From NCBI GenBank assembly GCA_963514005.1, contig OY740783.1, positions 133,486,001 to 133,550,000 on the forward strand: a stretch of 64,000 nucleotides of DNA. The letters run 5' to 3'. The notes below the pieces were generated by a model. It was given only the letters and a program-made list of their open reading frames with translations, searched no databases and was not told where the DNA came from. Both the position numbers and the translations under genes were made by a program. Positions 47,944 to 60,564 of this stretch are shown here, in pieces. This DNA is from Raja brachyura (taxonomy: Eukaryota). The stretch's first letter is position 1. Every line of letters begins with the position of its first letter.

Positions 47944-50900
47944 TTTTACTTCGGAGTCACGTGAGTGACTACGTGAAGAAGCCCCGCCTGGCGCTGGATC
48001 GGCATTTACGTCGACGCTATCGGCAGAGAAAGAGCTGCAGAGCGCAGCTCCAACACAGCGGTAAGGAAACGGCCCGCAGGTAAGTAAAATTATTTTACTT
48101 CCAGGGCATTTTCTAAAAACTCCGTAGGCTGGTAGGTAAACCAGGAGGAGTTAAAATAAAAATAAAAATGTTTTAAAAAATCGCGGGTAAAACGTGCGTC
48201 CCGGGGTGTAGAAAAGTCGGGACAGCAGATTATAGCGGAGCTGGTTCCGATACCGGTGGCCGATTGAAATACCCGTTAGTGAGCCTTTGCTTGCTCCACA
48301 AACAAAACTTTGAAAGCCCAGTGCCTAAAAAGTAAAGAAAGAAGCTTGAAAGGCCTGAGGTTGTGAAAGATCCTGAAAGGAAAGCCTTTGGCTAAGTATG
48401 GATCTAATGGAGAAAATACTCCAAACAATATCAACCAAGGGTCTAAGTACCCAGAATATTCCCAGGCAGCCCTCGAGGGGGTTCCATATACATGAATATG
48501 GTGCCAGTTTGAATTGGGAATTAAAACTCCAGTATCTGGGATTGGGCTGGAGGAAGTCTCCTTGAACAAGTTTCAGGAGTACCAGGGCTGTATGAGACTG
48601 ACCCTGAAAGTGGTGTTTGTGGTCAGAAGTACCCACCACAATACAAATCCAGGTGTGTCTGATGCGGCACAAAGTTTACTATACCTGGAGGAGGCGGTGA
48701 GGCCATGGAATGAAACCTGGCGGCCAATGTTAATTATATGGTCTCTCACCTGCCTCAAAAAAGCTGTTATGATTAAGACAGCAGATCGGATTAAAACACC
48801 TATTATTGTACCTCAAAGAAGGTACCTATGGTGAATCCGGCTTTTTTGGGCGCCAATGTCAGCAATAATGCGGGCGCAGGAATTACGATTCAAAGAATCC
48901 TCAAGCTAATTTTAGCATCACTGTCTTTTGGAAGACAAGCTGGAAGGTTGTGGAATGACTAAAGTTCAGAATAAAAAACATATGTTGGGCTTATTCTGCA
49001 ACTCATTTTGAGATAAAATATATAAAATGGAAGATTACCATTCGGCCTCTTTTACATCCAAGTTTTTTCAGAGTTGTGCAGGGCAAGCAATGTTCAAGCT
49101 CTTGGTTATTTTTTCAGAGGAAGTCTAAACAAATTAAAGAAATGGATGAAGAGGCAAAAACTGTTGGCCTTGTGAAACCCTTCAGTTTGGCCAGAAAGGC
49201 TGGCCATATGAGAAGGGGATTTGATTTTGGAGCTTGAACGAGCCGAGGAGGGTATGATAAGGAAGAATTACCAGCCAGCACAGCCGAATGTACACCCATT
49301 TATTGGGAAAAGAGATCATTTTGTCACAGTTGGAGAGGTACAAAAACTTTATCCTATTAAAGAAGGATGTTTGGATGAACCTCAGATTGGTGGTTGACTC
49401 CGAATGTTTATAATGAAAGGGAGGTATGGATCCATTGGGACACAATAAGCCTAATCATTCTTTGATGTTCAGTCTTGAAAGTATTAAAATTGACAAAAGA
49501 GGTTAAGTATTTGTGTGAAAAAGGAGTTATTGAGAAAACAGGAGAGGATCCACAACAATTGTATCAAATTTCCCCAGACCGAAGAAAGATGGGGGTTGTA
49601 GAATCAATTTAGATCTCACACAATTGAATACATTTGTCCAGTATAAACATTTTAAAATGGACACATTCAACACTGCAATGCAGCTGGTATCAACAGGTTG
49701 TTATATGGCTACAATAGATTGAAGGATGCATATTTTCGGTCCCAATTCACCATAGTTTCGCAGGTAATTAAAGTTATGGATGGGACAGCTGTGGCAATAC
49801 AAAGATTTGCCTAATGGATTAAGCCAGCACTTGCACTGCTAAGGACACAAAAAATAAACACATCGTTATGGCTTATCTAGATGACATTTTAATTGTCAAT
49901 GATAATCAGGAGTCAGCTGGAAAATCAGTCTCAGCAACTACAAGTTTGTTTAAGAAGTTGCGTTCCTGATCCATCCAACAAATCTAAGTTACAGCCATCC
50001 CAAACCATTGAATATCTGGGGTTGTGATTAACTCAGTTACCATGTTGGTAACTTTACCAATGGATAAGGTGATAAATTTGACAAATGTGTGTCAGAACCT
50101 GATTAACAAACCTTATCCCTCCATCCGAGAGATTGCCAAGGTTATTGGTAAATTGGTAGCAGCATTTCCAGCAGAAGAGTTGGTCGTCTACATTACCAAA
50201 ATCTTCAAAGGGCAAAAATCCAAGCGCTTATTCAGCGAGCAGGCCATTTTGATAGGCCAATGCAATTGCCTAAGGAAGCTTATCAGAATTACATTGGTGG
50301 ATTGAGTATGTTCCATAAGCTGCTAAGAACATTTAGTTCATCAGCCAGCAGTGTTTTTGCAAACTAAAAAAGACGCAAGTTCTCCCGGATGGGGGGCTAC
50401 GGATAATGAGACCAGCTGTGGAGGCAGATGGCCTGTCCAAGAGGATTTTTGCTCCAAACATATGGTATTAAATATTGGAGCTACTGGGAGCATTGATGGA
50501 TTAAAAGCTTACTGCTCTTCATTAAATATTTGCATGTCCAAGTACAAATAGATAATACCACAGCTGTGGTATATATCAATCACATGGGTGGTGTCAGATC
50601 AATATCATGTGATCATCTGCTAAACCAGATGTGGCAATGGTGTATGGCAAAAAATAAAAAATAAAAAATAAAAATAAAAAATAAATAAAATATTGGCTTT
50701 CAGCTATGTATCTCTCGGGGAGAGACAATGTTGTGGCAGACAAAAGATCACGAATATTTAAAGACAATACAGAATGGATGTTAAATCCACAAATTTCAAA
50801 AATATTGTCAGTCGGTATGGAGTACCGGACATTGATCTGTTTGCATCTAGATTGAATCACCAATTGCCCAAATACGTGTCTCGGGAACACGATCCAGGGG

Positions 50901-52732
50901 CAGTAGCGGTGGATGCTTTCTCGCTACACTGGGAGAATATGTTCTTTTATGCTTTTCCCCATTCTGTCTCATTGGGCAATGTCTCAAGAAAATAGCGCAA
51001 GACGCTGCCAAAGGCATTTTGGTGGTGCCAAATTGGCCCACGCAGTCATGGTTCCCATTGATGCTAAAATGATTTTGAACCATGTATGACAATTCCCAGT
51101 TGCGACAATCTGTTGACACAACCAGTAACAAAAGAAATTCATCCATTGCATGATCATATGAATTTGTAAATCTGCAGGTTCTGACCAGACCGTTGCAAGA
51201 GTTTGAACTGTCGGACAGGACCATGGATGTTATAGATGCAGCTTGGAGGAATAGCACTAAAAAACAATATATGTCGCATATAAGAAAATGGGAAGTTTTT
51301 GTACACTGTCAAAGATATCTTATCATACTGCAAACATTTCAAATGTATTGGAGTTCCTTGCTGGGTTACACTTTGATGAGCATTTGAGTTATAGTGCCAT
51401 TAATTGCGCTCGTAGTGCATTGTCATCATATTTAGGACAAATTTCGGATCGGGATTCAGTTGGGTCTCACCCATTAGTATCCCGATTCATGAAAGGAATT
51501 TCAATAAAAATCCTCCCAAGCCCAGATATACAGAAATTTTGATGTTAGCATTGTTCTCACTTTGCTTAAACGATGGACTCCAATTAATTCAATGTCTTGC
51601 AGAAATTAACATTCAAGGTGGTAATGTTAATGGCATTGGTATCAGCTCAAAGAGTACAAACTTTGCAATTGTTACGGTTGAATTGCATGCATGTGACTAC
51701 AGATAACATTGTGTTTTATGTTTATGACTTGATCAAACAAAGCAGACCAGGAAGAACTGGAACGAAGGTAATGTTTAAAGCATATCCTATTGATGAAACA
51801 TTGTGTGTAGTTAAGCATTTAACTCAATACATTGAGGTATCCAAAAATTTCAGAGGTTCTGAGAAAGCGTTATTGATAACACACAAAAAGCCACATACAA
51901 AAGTTTTAGTTCAAACCATTTCTAGATGGTTAAAGCAGGTTTTGGGTCTAGCAGGAATAGACACTGATGTGTTTAAATCTCACTCCACTAGGGCGGCAGC
52001 TACGTCCGTGGCAAAGGTACAGGACGTACCACTCGAAAAAAATTTTAAAGGCCGCAGGGTGGTCTAGAGAAGAGATTTTTTCAAAGTTCTACAATAACCT
52101 GTTTGGACACGCAGTACTGGGTTCTCTTTAAATGCTTGCTTTGTTTTATATTATCGATTTATATTATCGATTTATGTTACCATTGACATCATTTATCAAT
52201 TTATTTTGTAATTTTCCCCTGCGATAGAGGGGTCATTATTAAAAAGTTGTTCTTTTTATGATTAAAGGACTTATTACATAAATTGTAACAATGTCTTAAA
52301 ATACTATTTACTCACTACTGTTTTGACTAAACAGAAAGTCGTATGGAATGAATTTACGACATGGAAAACGACATGGAAAACACAGAGCTTTAAAATCTTC
52401 ACGTAGTCACTCACGTGACTCCGAAGTAAAATAGTGAGATTAAACGAGAACTTACCTGTTCGAAGTTTGATCTTTATTTTATGAGGAGTTACGATGAGGG
52501 ATTACGTGCCCTCCACTCCCAACCCTCATAATGTAAATGATCATCTGGTAGTTCTAGTCTATTTTGAGCCTTACTATTTTACTTCGGCTATTGGTTCTGT
52601 GTTTTTCATGCCGCTGCTTTGAAGTATGCCGATCCAGCGTCAGGCGGGACTTCTTCACGTAATCCCTCCTCGTAACTCCTCATAAAATAAAGATCAAACT
52701 TCGAATAGGTAAATTCTCGTTTAATCTCACTA
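47944..52732 (+). mobile_element. Structurally complete DIRS1-like tyrosine-recombinase retrotransposon with decayed ORFs
   Basis: Starts TTTTACTTCGG and ends AATCTCACTA. Inverted terminal segment ACGTGAAGAAGCCCCGCCTGGCGCTGGATCGGCAT. ICR 52396-52508 is complementary to both termini. RT (PKKDG, FKM, AYLDDIL), RNase H, MT-like (IDLFASRLN, FYAFP) and YR (SAQRVQTL, HSTRAAATS) remnants. No TSD; the flanks rejoin as one Rex-type 3' UTR. Confidence 0.95.
51193..52095 (+). pseudogene. DIRS tyrosine recombinase, frameshifted
   Basis: AAWRNSTKKQY, YSAINCARSALS, HPLVSRFMKG, TISRWLKQVL, HSTRAA and AAGW are spread over different frames. Confidence 0.9.
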
Positions 52733-53206
52733 TTAATCGTTATACCATTTACATCATATATGTGTACTGTGGTCGGCTTGATTAGAATTGTTTCCCCCTG
52801 ACTGGAGAGTGCGCAACATAAAATGTTTCACGTTACCACGACGCACGTGCCAATAAAAACTAACCTAAACAATCATGTGGCAGATTGGATAATCTTGCAA
52901 GAGGCAGTTCTGAACGATCGACCGGTCATGTTGCGGACGATGATGGGATGATTGTTCCTGCGGCTGAGCTTTGCACAGACCGTTCCCTAATGCAAAGGGA
53001 GATGGAACGATCGATCCCAGGGTTGAGGGCACCATAGACCGGTCCCCACTGTGGAGAGAGATAGGCCGACTGGGGAATGTGAGGGATCTCGTATAACGGG
53101 TTTGAGGTCCGGGAGCGGGACCTACGATGGGGTCATGCGCCTGCGACTGAGACCTGGAGCATCCGGCAGTGAACGACGGGATCCGGAGCCCGGACTTTGG
53201 GATAGT

Positions 53207-54114
53207 TCAGGGAGTACATTTATTAATGAGCCGAAGCACTGCGGTGACTGGATATTTCACCGCACTCTTCACCTGCTCTCTGAACCTGGACTGGGTCACC
53301 GCGTAAATAAATGTGTTCGTGCAGCAGCTGAGATTCCTCATTAAATAGCCGACGTCGTTAAAAATCCATTCAGAATCTTTCAGATCTGTTCCAATTCCTG
53401 TGATCTGATAAAAGATGAAGTTTACAACCGCCGTTAGCCACAAGAGGATGAAGCTGCCGGAGATGGTGAAGAGTAAAACCACAGACCTCCTCCTGCTCTC
53501 CACCTGCGGGTCACAGAGGATCTTCCCCTTGCTCTGACCCCTCAGCCTCTCACGAACCCGAATGGCAACTAAAATGTGCCGGACTGTTAGAGCGTTGAGC
53601 AGCAGGATTACAGTGAAAGGGAAGAGCGGAGTTACAACCGTATCAACCCAGTCAAATGCCACCCACCCGGGCTCAGTGTAATAGCTGTCACTCGGTACAC
53701 AGAACCAATGGACATTGTTGATGATACTCACGGATTCGAATGGGAAATAGTGGGGAATGTTTTTCAAACAGAGCAGAACGCCAGTTATTTGGAGACCCAC
53801 CGCCGCATTTTTCCCGGTGCAATATTTTGTTCTCAGCTTCTGACAACAAATGGCAACAAATCGATCAAAGGTGAACGTGACGGTGAACCAGACAGAACAG
53901 TCTGAATCTGCAATCGCCAGTACAATGATAACTCTGCAAACAGGGTTGATGGACAGGAAACTCCAGGGAAAGTAATTAGATCGGATCTGAAACATAACGA
54001 CCTCGATAAGAAGGACCAGTAGATCCGCCGCTGCCATGGCCACCAAATAGCGAGTGGTGCACGTGGAGAGGCCGCACTTTCCACGGGTCAAGATTATATT
54101 CGCCACTAAATTCA
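53207..54114 (-). CDS. GPR139-like class A GPCR, coding exon 2
   Basis: Acceptor TTCCCTTCTCTTTCTGCAG; open frame with YLVAMAAADLLV, TFDRFVAICC, PFTVILLLN, FILLW and NTFIY; 908 nt, phase 1. Confidence 0.9.
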
Positions 54115-54985
54115 CTGCAGAAAGAGAAGGGAACAGCTTTACTGAACACATTTTACCGGGGGTGAAACAGGCTGTACATTTAGCTAAAAAGCAAGGATGT
54201 TGCGTGTCTCCAAGTTTAACATTGTCAGATCCGGCTCCGTTTGTGCCCGACCTGCCTGCCTCAAAGGGAGGAGATAAGGCGCAGGGCGGGGTAAACAGCG
54301 GAGAGGAATGGAGCAGCCAGCCGCCACAATAGACGGAATGGTCCTTTCTCTCGATAACAATTTCTGATGGGGCAGTTTCCACAGATTTAACCTTGGCCGG
54401 CCGTGTTTAACCAGGGCTCTGGGAACTCGGCATTTTATGGAGTTACAAGTCGGCAGCAAAGCGGGTCTTTTAATGGATTAATTGCTTGGTGAGAACAGTT
54501 CAATCACAACACACGTCGATAGATCCACGGCCACTGATTCAGGTGATTGATCCCATCATTGACCACCAGGCGGTGCAATACAACTGTGACAGACCCCATA
54601 GTGAGACGTGTTCACGGGACCGGGCGTTCACTCTGATCAATAACTCAGACAGAGAACTTCACAATGTAAAACTCTCTCAGTCACAACGTCCCGGAGAGCT
54701 GTCTGTCCCGCACACCGGGGCAACTATAGTCAAGGTCCCACTCAAAGCAAGTACAGCATTCCAGTGGGTCCCGGGGGTGCGCGATAGAAAGGGTTAGTTT
54801 CTGAAGTTAACTGCGCGAAAATAAGAGAGATTACAGCGGCAATTCCGGACATTTAACCAAGAGGATAGAATTACTGACATTCTTGTATAACGATCATCAT
54901 TTTGGTAGCTTGCAACTTGATCAGAATCAAGTCAACATGGGTTAACACACAGATCTATAAACCTTGAATGGTTCTGCTCACTCAC

Positions 54986-55052
54986 CAGGGACTCCAACGG
55001 TAGCAATGACCACGTACAAGATTCTTTCGACACTTCGATATTCCCGAGGCAT
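54986..55052 (-). CDS. GPR139-like GPCR, coding exon 1
   Basis: ATG at 55052 gives MPREYRSVERILYVVIATVGVP followed by G|GTGAGT. The 67 nt join exon 2 in phase for a 324-aa protein with a complete TM1 (GVPVN). Confidence 0.88.
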
Positions 55053-55116
55053 TGTGTCCCCGTGTGCAACCGGTAATCTACTGAAATCAAACACTCGTGT
55101 AGAAAAGTACTGGATA

Positions 55117-55123
55117 TTTTATA
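55117..55123 (-). promoter_or_regulatory. Candidate TATA box for the GPCR gene
   Basis: TATAAAA about 65 bp upstream of the ATG. Confidence 0.45.
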
Positions 55124-55774
55124 CAATTTATCATCTCCACCGGGACAATGACGTTTCAACAGATCTAAAAATATAGTTTCTGAAATAATTCGCAAACAAT
55201 TGACATAAACGAGCTGAAATCCCCGCCGTGACAGGTTATGATTAACTCAGGGAATTGATTGAGAAACTACAAAGACTGGGAATGGGTCGATATTGTTTGA
55301 TGGAAATTCGGAGCGGCATTGCTCCAGCAAACGGGATAATGTTTCAAACCCAGATCCACTTCTCCATTTCATGCTGTTGGTCAGAATTCCTTCAACACGT
55401 TTCACTCAGGTAGACAATCCCAAATTCCAGGGGCCCACCCGGGGCTTCTGCTGCCCAGAATTATGGACTAGACGTTAGTCTCCAGGCTGAGGAACTAAGT
55501 TCAACAGATCGCCTCTAACCAAAATAGCCCATCCACTCTGCTTTGCCATTCTATGTGAACGGGACTAATCTGATTCTAACCTCAGCCCCACATATCAGAC
55601 GACCCTTGTAACCATCAATTGATTTTTCCCCCTGAAATGTATCTGACTTTACCTTTGGACAATAAAATCCTCTGCCTTCATCCCACAGATTGAAGACCCA
55701 TCGCGAGAAGAAACATTCGCACCTCAGACTTATCCTAAACGTACATAGTGAAGACGAATGAATGATACAGCATT

Positions 55775-56175
55775 GCTCTCTTCTCTGAATCTTATTTCTT
55801 TCCATATCCCTCTCACTCTATCTGAACTGGCACTCCACTCTGTCCTTCCTCTCGGCGCCCAGGCATCTACCAACCCATCTCCCTATATTACCCCTCATAC
55901 TCTACTACCTCAGTATCACACCCTCGCTTTGACTGTATCTCTCTGACCCATCTCTCTCCACCTTTGCCCCTATGTTGCCTCACAATCAATCCCCGCTCAT
56001 TCGCTCTGACCGCATCACTTTCTTCCACCTTCCGACTCTCTCATGCACAGCACACCACTCTTCCCCCTGTTCTGCCTCCCCTTCGTTCTGTTCCTCGAAG
56101 CTCGATCTCTCTATACCTCATTTTTTTCTACCGCAACTCTTCTCCCCTCACTCTTACCTCTCCCTCGCCCTTCAC
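55775..56175. repeat. CT-rich low-complexity tract
   Basis: Direct reading. Confidence 0.75.
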
Positions 56176-56214
56176 GTGAGCGCGAGTTAAAATAGATAGC
56201 AATCGGGAGAGGTA

Positions 56215-56445
56215 ACACTTGTCGCCAAACTTCCTCCCTCACATCGATCCAGGGACCAGAAAGTCCTTCCTGGTGAGACGGAACTTCAGTTCAACTCCTG
56301 TGGCCTTAATCTCCATCTGGTGTTCGCGATGGGGCCACCGATACATTGGCGAGGCCAAGCGGACACTCGGCATCTGTTTCACCGAACGCTTGCCAAGGAT
56401 TACTGGATCTACCCCTTGCTATCTATTACAATCCCCCTTCCTATT
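56215..56445 (+). mobile_element. Penelope-like GIY-YIG endonuclease fragment
   Basis: RKSFLVRRNFSST...IWCSRWGHRYIGEAKRTLGICFTERL resembles the I.C..C...YIGET.R.L..RF.EH motif. Confidence 0.7.
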
Positions 56446-56454
56446 TCTTTGGTT

Positions 56455-58628
56455 AGGGTTCCGGGCTTCTAAATCCTTCTAGAATGTTCGCCTCCATGTG
56501 AGTTTTGGTTGGCCTCTTTTTCTTCTTCCGTTAGGTTGCCATATCATTGCTATCTTCGCTGCAAGTTCTGGTGACATTCTGAGTACATGTCCTGCAAATT
56601 TAATCCTGCATACCTCTATGTCCTGGCTGAGAGGCATTGTTGCAGATTCCCGATAGGTCTCCTCGTTTGTGATGTAATCTATGTAGCTAGTCTTCAGGAT
56701 CTTCCTCAAGCAGTGTTGTCGGAATGCATCCAATTTGTTTTTCAGTTCACATTGATTTTCCATGTGTCATTGGCATAGAGGGCTGTAGGGAGGACTACGG
56801 ACTGGAAGAGCTTGACTTTTATCATCTTGGATATCCCGCCGCTAGACCATATTCGCTGCGTTATTTTGAAGACTGATGCAGCTTTACCTATTCGGGAGTT
56901 AATTTCGACCTCTAGATCCCCGTCTGCTGCGAACATGCTGCCAACATAGGTCAATCTTGTGGCGTTTTCCACATGTTCCCCATTGATTATCAGTTGGTCT
57001 ATTGGCTGCTGGTCTCCAGACTGTATGGTCTTAGTTTTCTGGCAGCTGATCTTTAACCCAACCTTTGATGCATTCTGCTCCAGAGCGGTTGCCATCTCTT
57101 GAAGGGTGTGTTTCCACTCTGCTAGTAGTGCAACGTCATCGGCAACATCTAGGTCTGTGAGGCGTCTTCCTGTTCTCCACCGTATTCCAAAGTCAGGTTT
57201 GTTCATGATCTTCCGCATGACATAGTCGATTGTGACATTAAACAGTAAGGGGGATAGAAGGCAACCTTGTCTTACCCCTGTGACAATGTCAAAGAATCCT
57301 GTGTTTCCTGAATCAACTTTGACGCAACAACTGGATCCCACGTAAAGGTTATTGCAGATGTTGATGAAAGCCTCTGTGATGTCATACACTTTAAGAATTC
57401 GCCACAGGCTATCTCTATGTACACTATCGAATGCCTTTTTGAAATCAGCAACGTTTATTAGTATTGGCTTCTGAAATTCCAGGCATTGTTCTACCACATT
57501 TCGTAACACAAAGACCTGTTCACTGCAGGATATTCCCGTGCGGAATCCTGCATGTTCATCACGGAGTTTCATATCCAGAGCTGCTCTAAGACGATGTAGC
57601 AGTACAGAACAAAGCACATTTCCTGGGACTGAGAGCAACGTGATCCCTCTCCAGTGTCCACAGTCACTAAGATCTCCTTTCTATGGCAATGTCACTATCA
57701 CGCCTTTCCTCCAATCTTCTGGTACACACTTGTCTTCCCAGCATGCATTACATAGCTTTGTGAGTTTCCGTCTCCACGTTTCCCCTCCACGCTTTCGAAG
57801 TTCTGCTGGAATCTAGTCAAGGCCTGCTGCTTTGTAATTTTTCAGATTCTTAATTGAATTTATAACTTCCGTTTCTGTGATTGGTCCAACCTCCAACTCT
57901 AGTTCTGGAGTATCTTCCTCCTCAGGGAAGACAAACAGTTCCGATGGTTCAGGTTTATTCAATATCGCTTTCAAGTGTTCACCCATTGCGTGTTTTGCTC
58001 TTCTTCGGTCAGAAATACTCTCCCCCTCTTGTCTTTTATGGGGGCACCAGAGCTACTATCGGAATATCCCAGATCTCTGGCTATGAGGTAGCGTGTACGG
58101 ATGCCATTTCTGTCCTGGCTTCTTGTGCTTCTGCGCATTAGCTTTCTATCCAAGCCTTTTAAAACACATCTTTTCTGCATTTTCTTCTCACAAGTTTCGG
58201 TACTCTGTAATTTTTCTGCCGTTTTGTAATTTTCCATTCNNNNNNNNNNNNNNNNNNNNNNNNNNNNNNNNNNNNNNNNNNNNNNNNNNNNNNNNNNNNN
58301 NNNNNNNNNNNNNNNNNNNNNNNNNNNNNNNNNNNNNNNNNNNNNNNNNNNNNNNNNNNNNNNNNNNNNNNNNNNNTCAATCATCTCCCATGTGTGTGAT
58401 CATATTGAACTTCATTTTCTGGGTCCCACGTCTTCCGTCAATGGTGGTATCTGCAGCTGCCTCCTGGAACGTTTTACCACTGTTGTAACACTTGGAACCT
58501 ATTAACACTTCAAATTGAGTGGTTAGCACTCATGTCTGCCCCTTTATAACCTCCGTATATCTTGCATCGCACTGCGCCATCTCATGATGATGCAAATGTA
58601 GTCGATCTCATTCCACGTATTTCCATGG
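56455..58628 (-). mobile_element. 5'-truncated RTE-clade LINE spanning an assembly gap
   Basis: APE end NEIDYICI..RWRSA; RT DFKKAFDSVHR, GVRQGCLLSP, DVADD; C-terminal WQPNGRRKRGQPKLTWRRT. Confidence 0.9.
58240..58376. other. Assembly gap (N run)
   Basis: Ns. Confidence 1.
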
Positions 58629-58629
58629 C

Positions 58630-60157
58630 CTGCCTCGAAAGACAAACGTTGGCCATATTTCCGTGCCCAGCTTTCAAGCTGCCACCGGCTTCAGTGAACC
58701 GCTGCCCCCCCATTGGAGGCGTGGCGTGGTGCCATCGCCTACCGATGAAGCTTTGCTCGTCGTCGGGTACCTTGATTAGTCCGACAGCTTTTTGCTTCCA
58801 TATCCTGGTCTTACCTGTGGGAAAGGTCTTACCTGAAGAGAGGATTCGGCGGCTGGTTTCATTTCCTGGATTTCATGCCTTCCAATGTCACCCAGATAGC
58901 ACTGTTCACTGCCGGCACTTGTAGCATTTGCGAGTATCTCTTGAACCCATGTGCATGTGCTCCAGTATGTTCCACGGACATACTTTGAATTTGAAGTCAG
59001 TTCCATATTGACCACTCACACTCCCCTCCACAGAGTGGGGAGATTTGTAGTTAGCCCCTGAAAACAGGTGCTGCCGCAGGACCCTGAGGCTACCTGCGCT
59101 GACATGGACCCTCCAGCGGCCCTATATCAGGTTTTTTGCTCTGGGTCAGACTGAAACTGATCCTGAATGATCCTCCTCCTCAGAGATGTAGACATTGTGC
59201 AGCCCTGAAACAGGTGCCGCTGCCTGCGGGTTCTCCGTAATACCCGGCCTGATAACTCATCATTGTGGAGCACCCCTTCACCAGGTGCTCCATGTGGGTT
59301 TGAACGTTTAAAGACGTTACCCGTGTAGGAGGCGATCTTCTCCATCAGGAAACCTCCTGGCCTGATTCCCCTAGTCCACAGGCCTGACCGTCTTACCGTT
59401 GGTTTTACCCCCTTTCTGGGGACCCGCAGCGCTCTGGAAGAGGCTGACCGCTATATGTTGGTGGGGTCCTCCTAGCCTGACTTCCACAGGCCTGTCCCAC
59501 TGCTGTTGGTTTGCCCCCTACCTGCGGAACCACAGGGGTCTGGATACAGCTGGTCCCTGTATGGGGGGTGGGAGGGGACCCTCCTGGCCTGACTTCTCAG
59601 ACCTTGCCGGCTTGTAGTTCGTTTTACCCCCTTCCTGGGAACCACAGCCGGTCTGGAAGCAGATGTCTCCTGTTTGTCGGGTGGGGGGACCCTCATTGCT
59701 TGGCTTACAGACCTAGCCGGCTTGTGGTTAGTTTTACCCCCTTCCGGGGAACCACAGGCGGTCTGGAAGCCATTGACTGTGTTGTCAGTGACTTTATGTT
59801 GGCGATTCCAACGGCCGCCGGCTACCCGCACTTCCGCGGTCTCTGCAGCCGGTTTCCCCTTGGTCCCGGTATCCGTGGCCGAGACCGGGATTCCCTGCGG
59901 TCCATGACCGGTTTCCCGGCCCGTCCGGACTTCGTCCCCATTGTGTCGAGCAGGTAAATCTCTGAACAGAGATTCCTGCAAAAAAGAAAACTCAAGAACC
60001 TGGAAATAGGTAACACTTACCGTCAGGTTGAACTTACTGCTGGACAGAGCAACGCTGCCGCCAGTCGGCTCGTTTGCGCAGAGCGAGTCAACGTAATGAC
60101 GCGCATGCGAGCTAACGGCCTTCTTCACGTCGTCACTCACGTGATTCCGAAGTAAAA
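58630..60157 (-). mobile_element. DIRS 5' part (left terminus + gag region with ~110-bp repeats at about 59400-59760)
   Basis: Minus strand begins TTTTACTTCGGAATCACGTGAGTGACGACGTGAAGAAG, as at 47944. Region 58640-59000 shares GAACATACTGGAGCACAT, CCAGCCGCCGAATC and GCGGTTCACTG with the gag at 13480-13700. Confidence 0.85.
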
Positions 60158-60164
60158 TAGCCCA

Positions 60165-60380
60165 TTATCAGTTTATTTGCACTTTATCTGTTTTATTTAT
60201 TCATGTGTGTATATATTTAAACACTGGTATATGGACACACTGATCTGTTCTGTATTCATGCCTTCTATATTGCGTTGTGCTGAAGCAAAGCAAGAATTGC
60301 ATTGCCCTATCTGGGACACATGACAATAAACTCTCTTGAAATACTTGAAATACTCTTGAAATACTCTTGAAATACTTGAA
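60165..60380 (+). mobile_element. LINE 3' UTR with (CTCTTGAAATA)n tail
   Basis: ATCTGGGACACATGACAATAAA followed by tandem tail units; similar to 47053-47190. Confidence 0.55.
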
Positions 60381-60564
60381 TCTGGAGGTGTACGTTTCAC
60401 ACTTCTATACCTTTTGCCCGATGTTAGAGGGGAGACGATGGAGTGGCCAGGGTGCGACTCATGCTGATGGTCTTGCCGAGGCAGCATGAGATACAAATTG
60501 AGTCACATGGAGAAACAAGATGCCCATCTAAATTAGTTAAATTTGCCCATGTTAGTCCATATCC

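Noticed and set aside
51597-52067. Phage integrase suggesting a prophage or contamination
   Set aside because: It is the tyrosine recombinase inside a DIRS retrotransposon bounded by ITR and ICR.
54115-54382. N-terminal 89 aa of the 391-aa GPCR ORF
   Set aside because: Intron read-through; a consensus acceptor at 54115 and a matching exon 1 at 54986-55052 explain the gene better.
57971-58488. ORFs containing X runs (also 61315-61833)
   Set aside because: Artefacts of assembly gaps.
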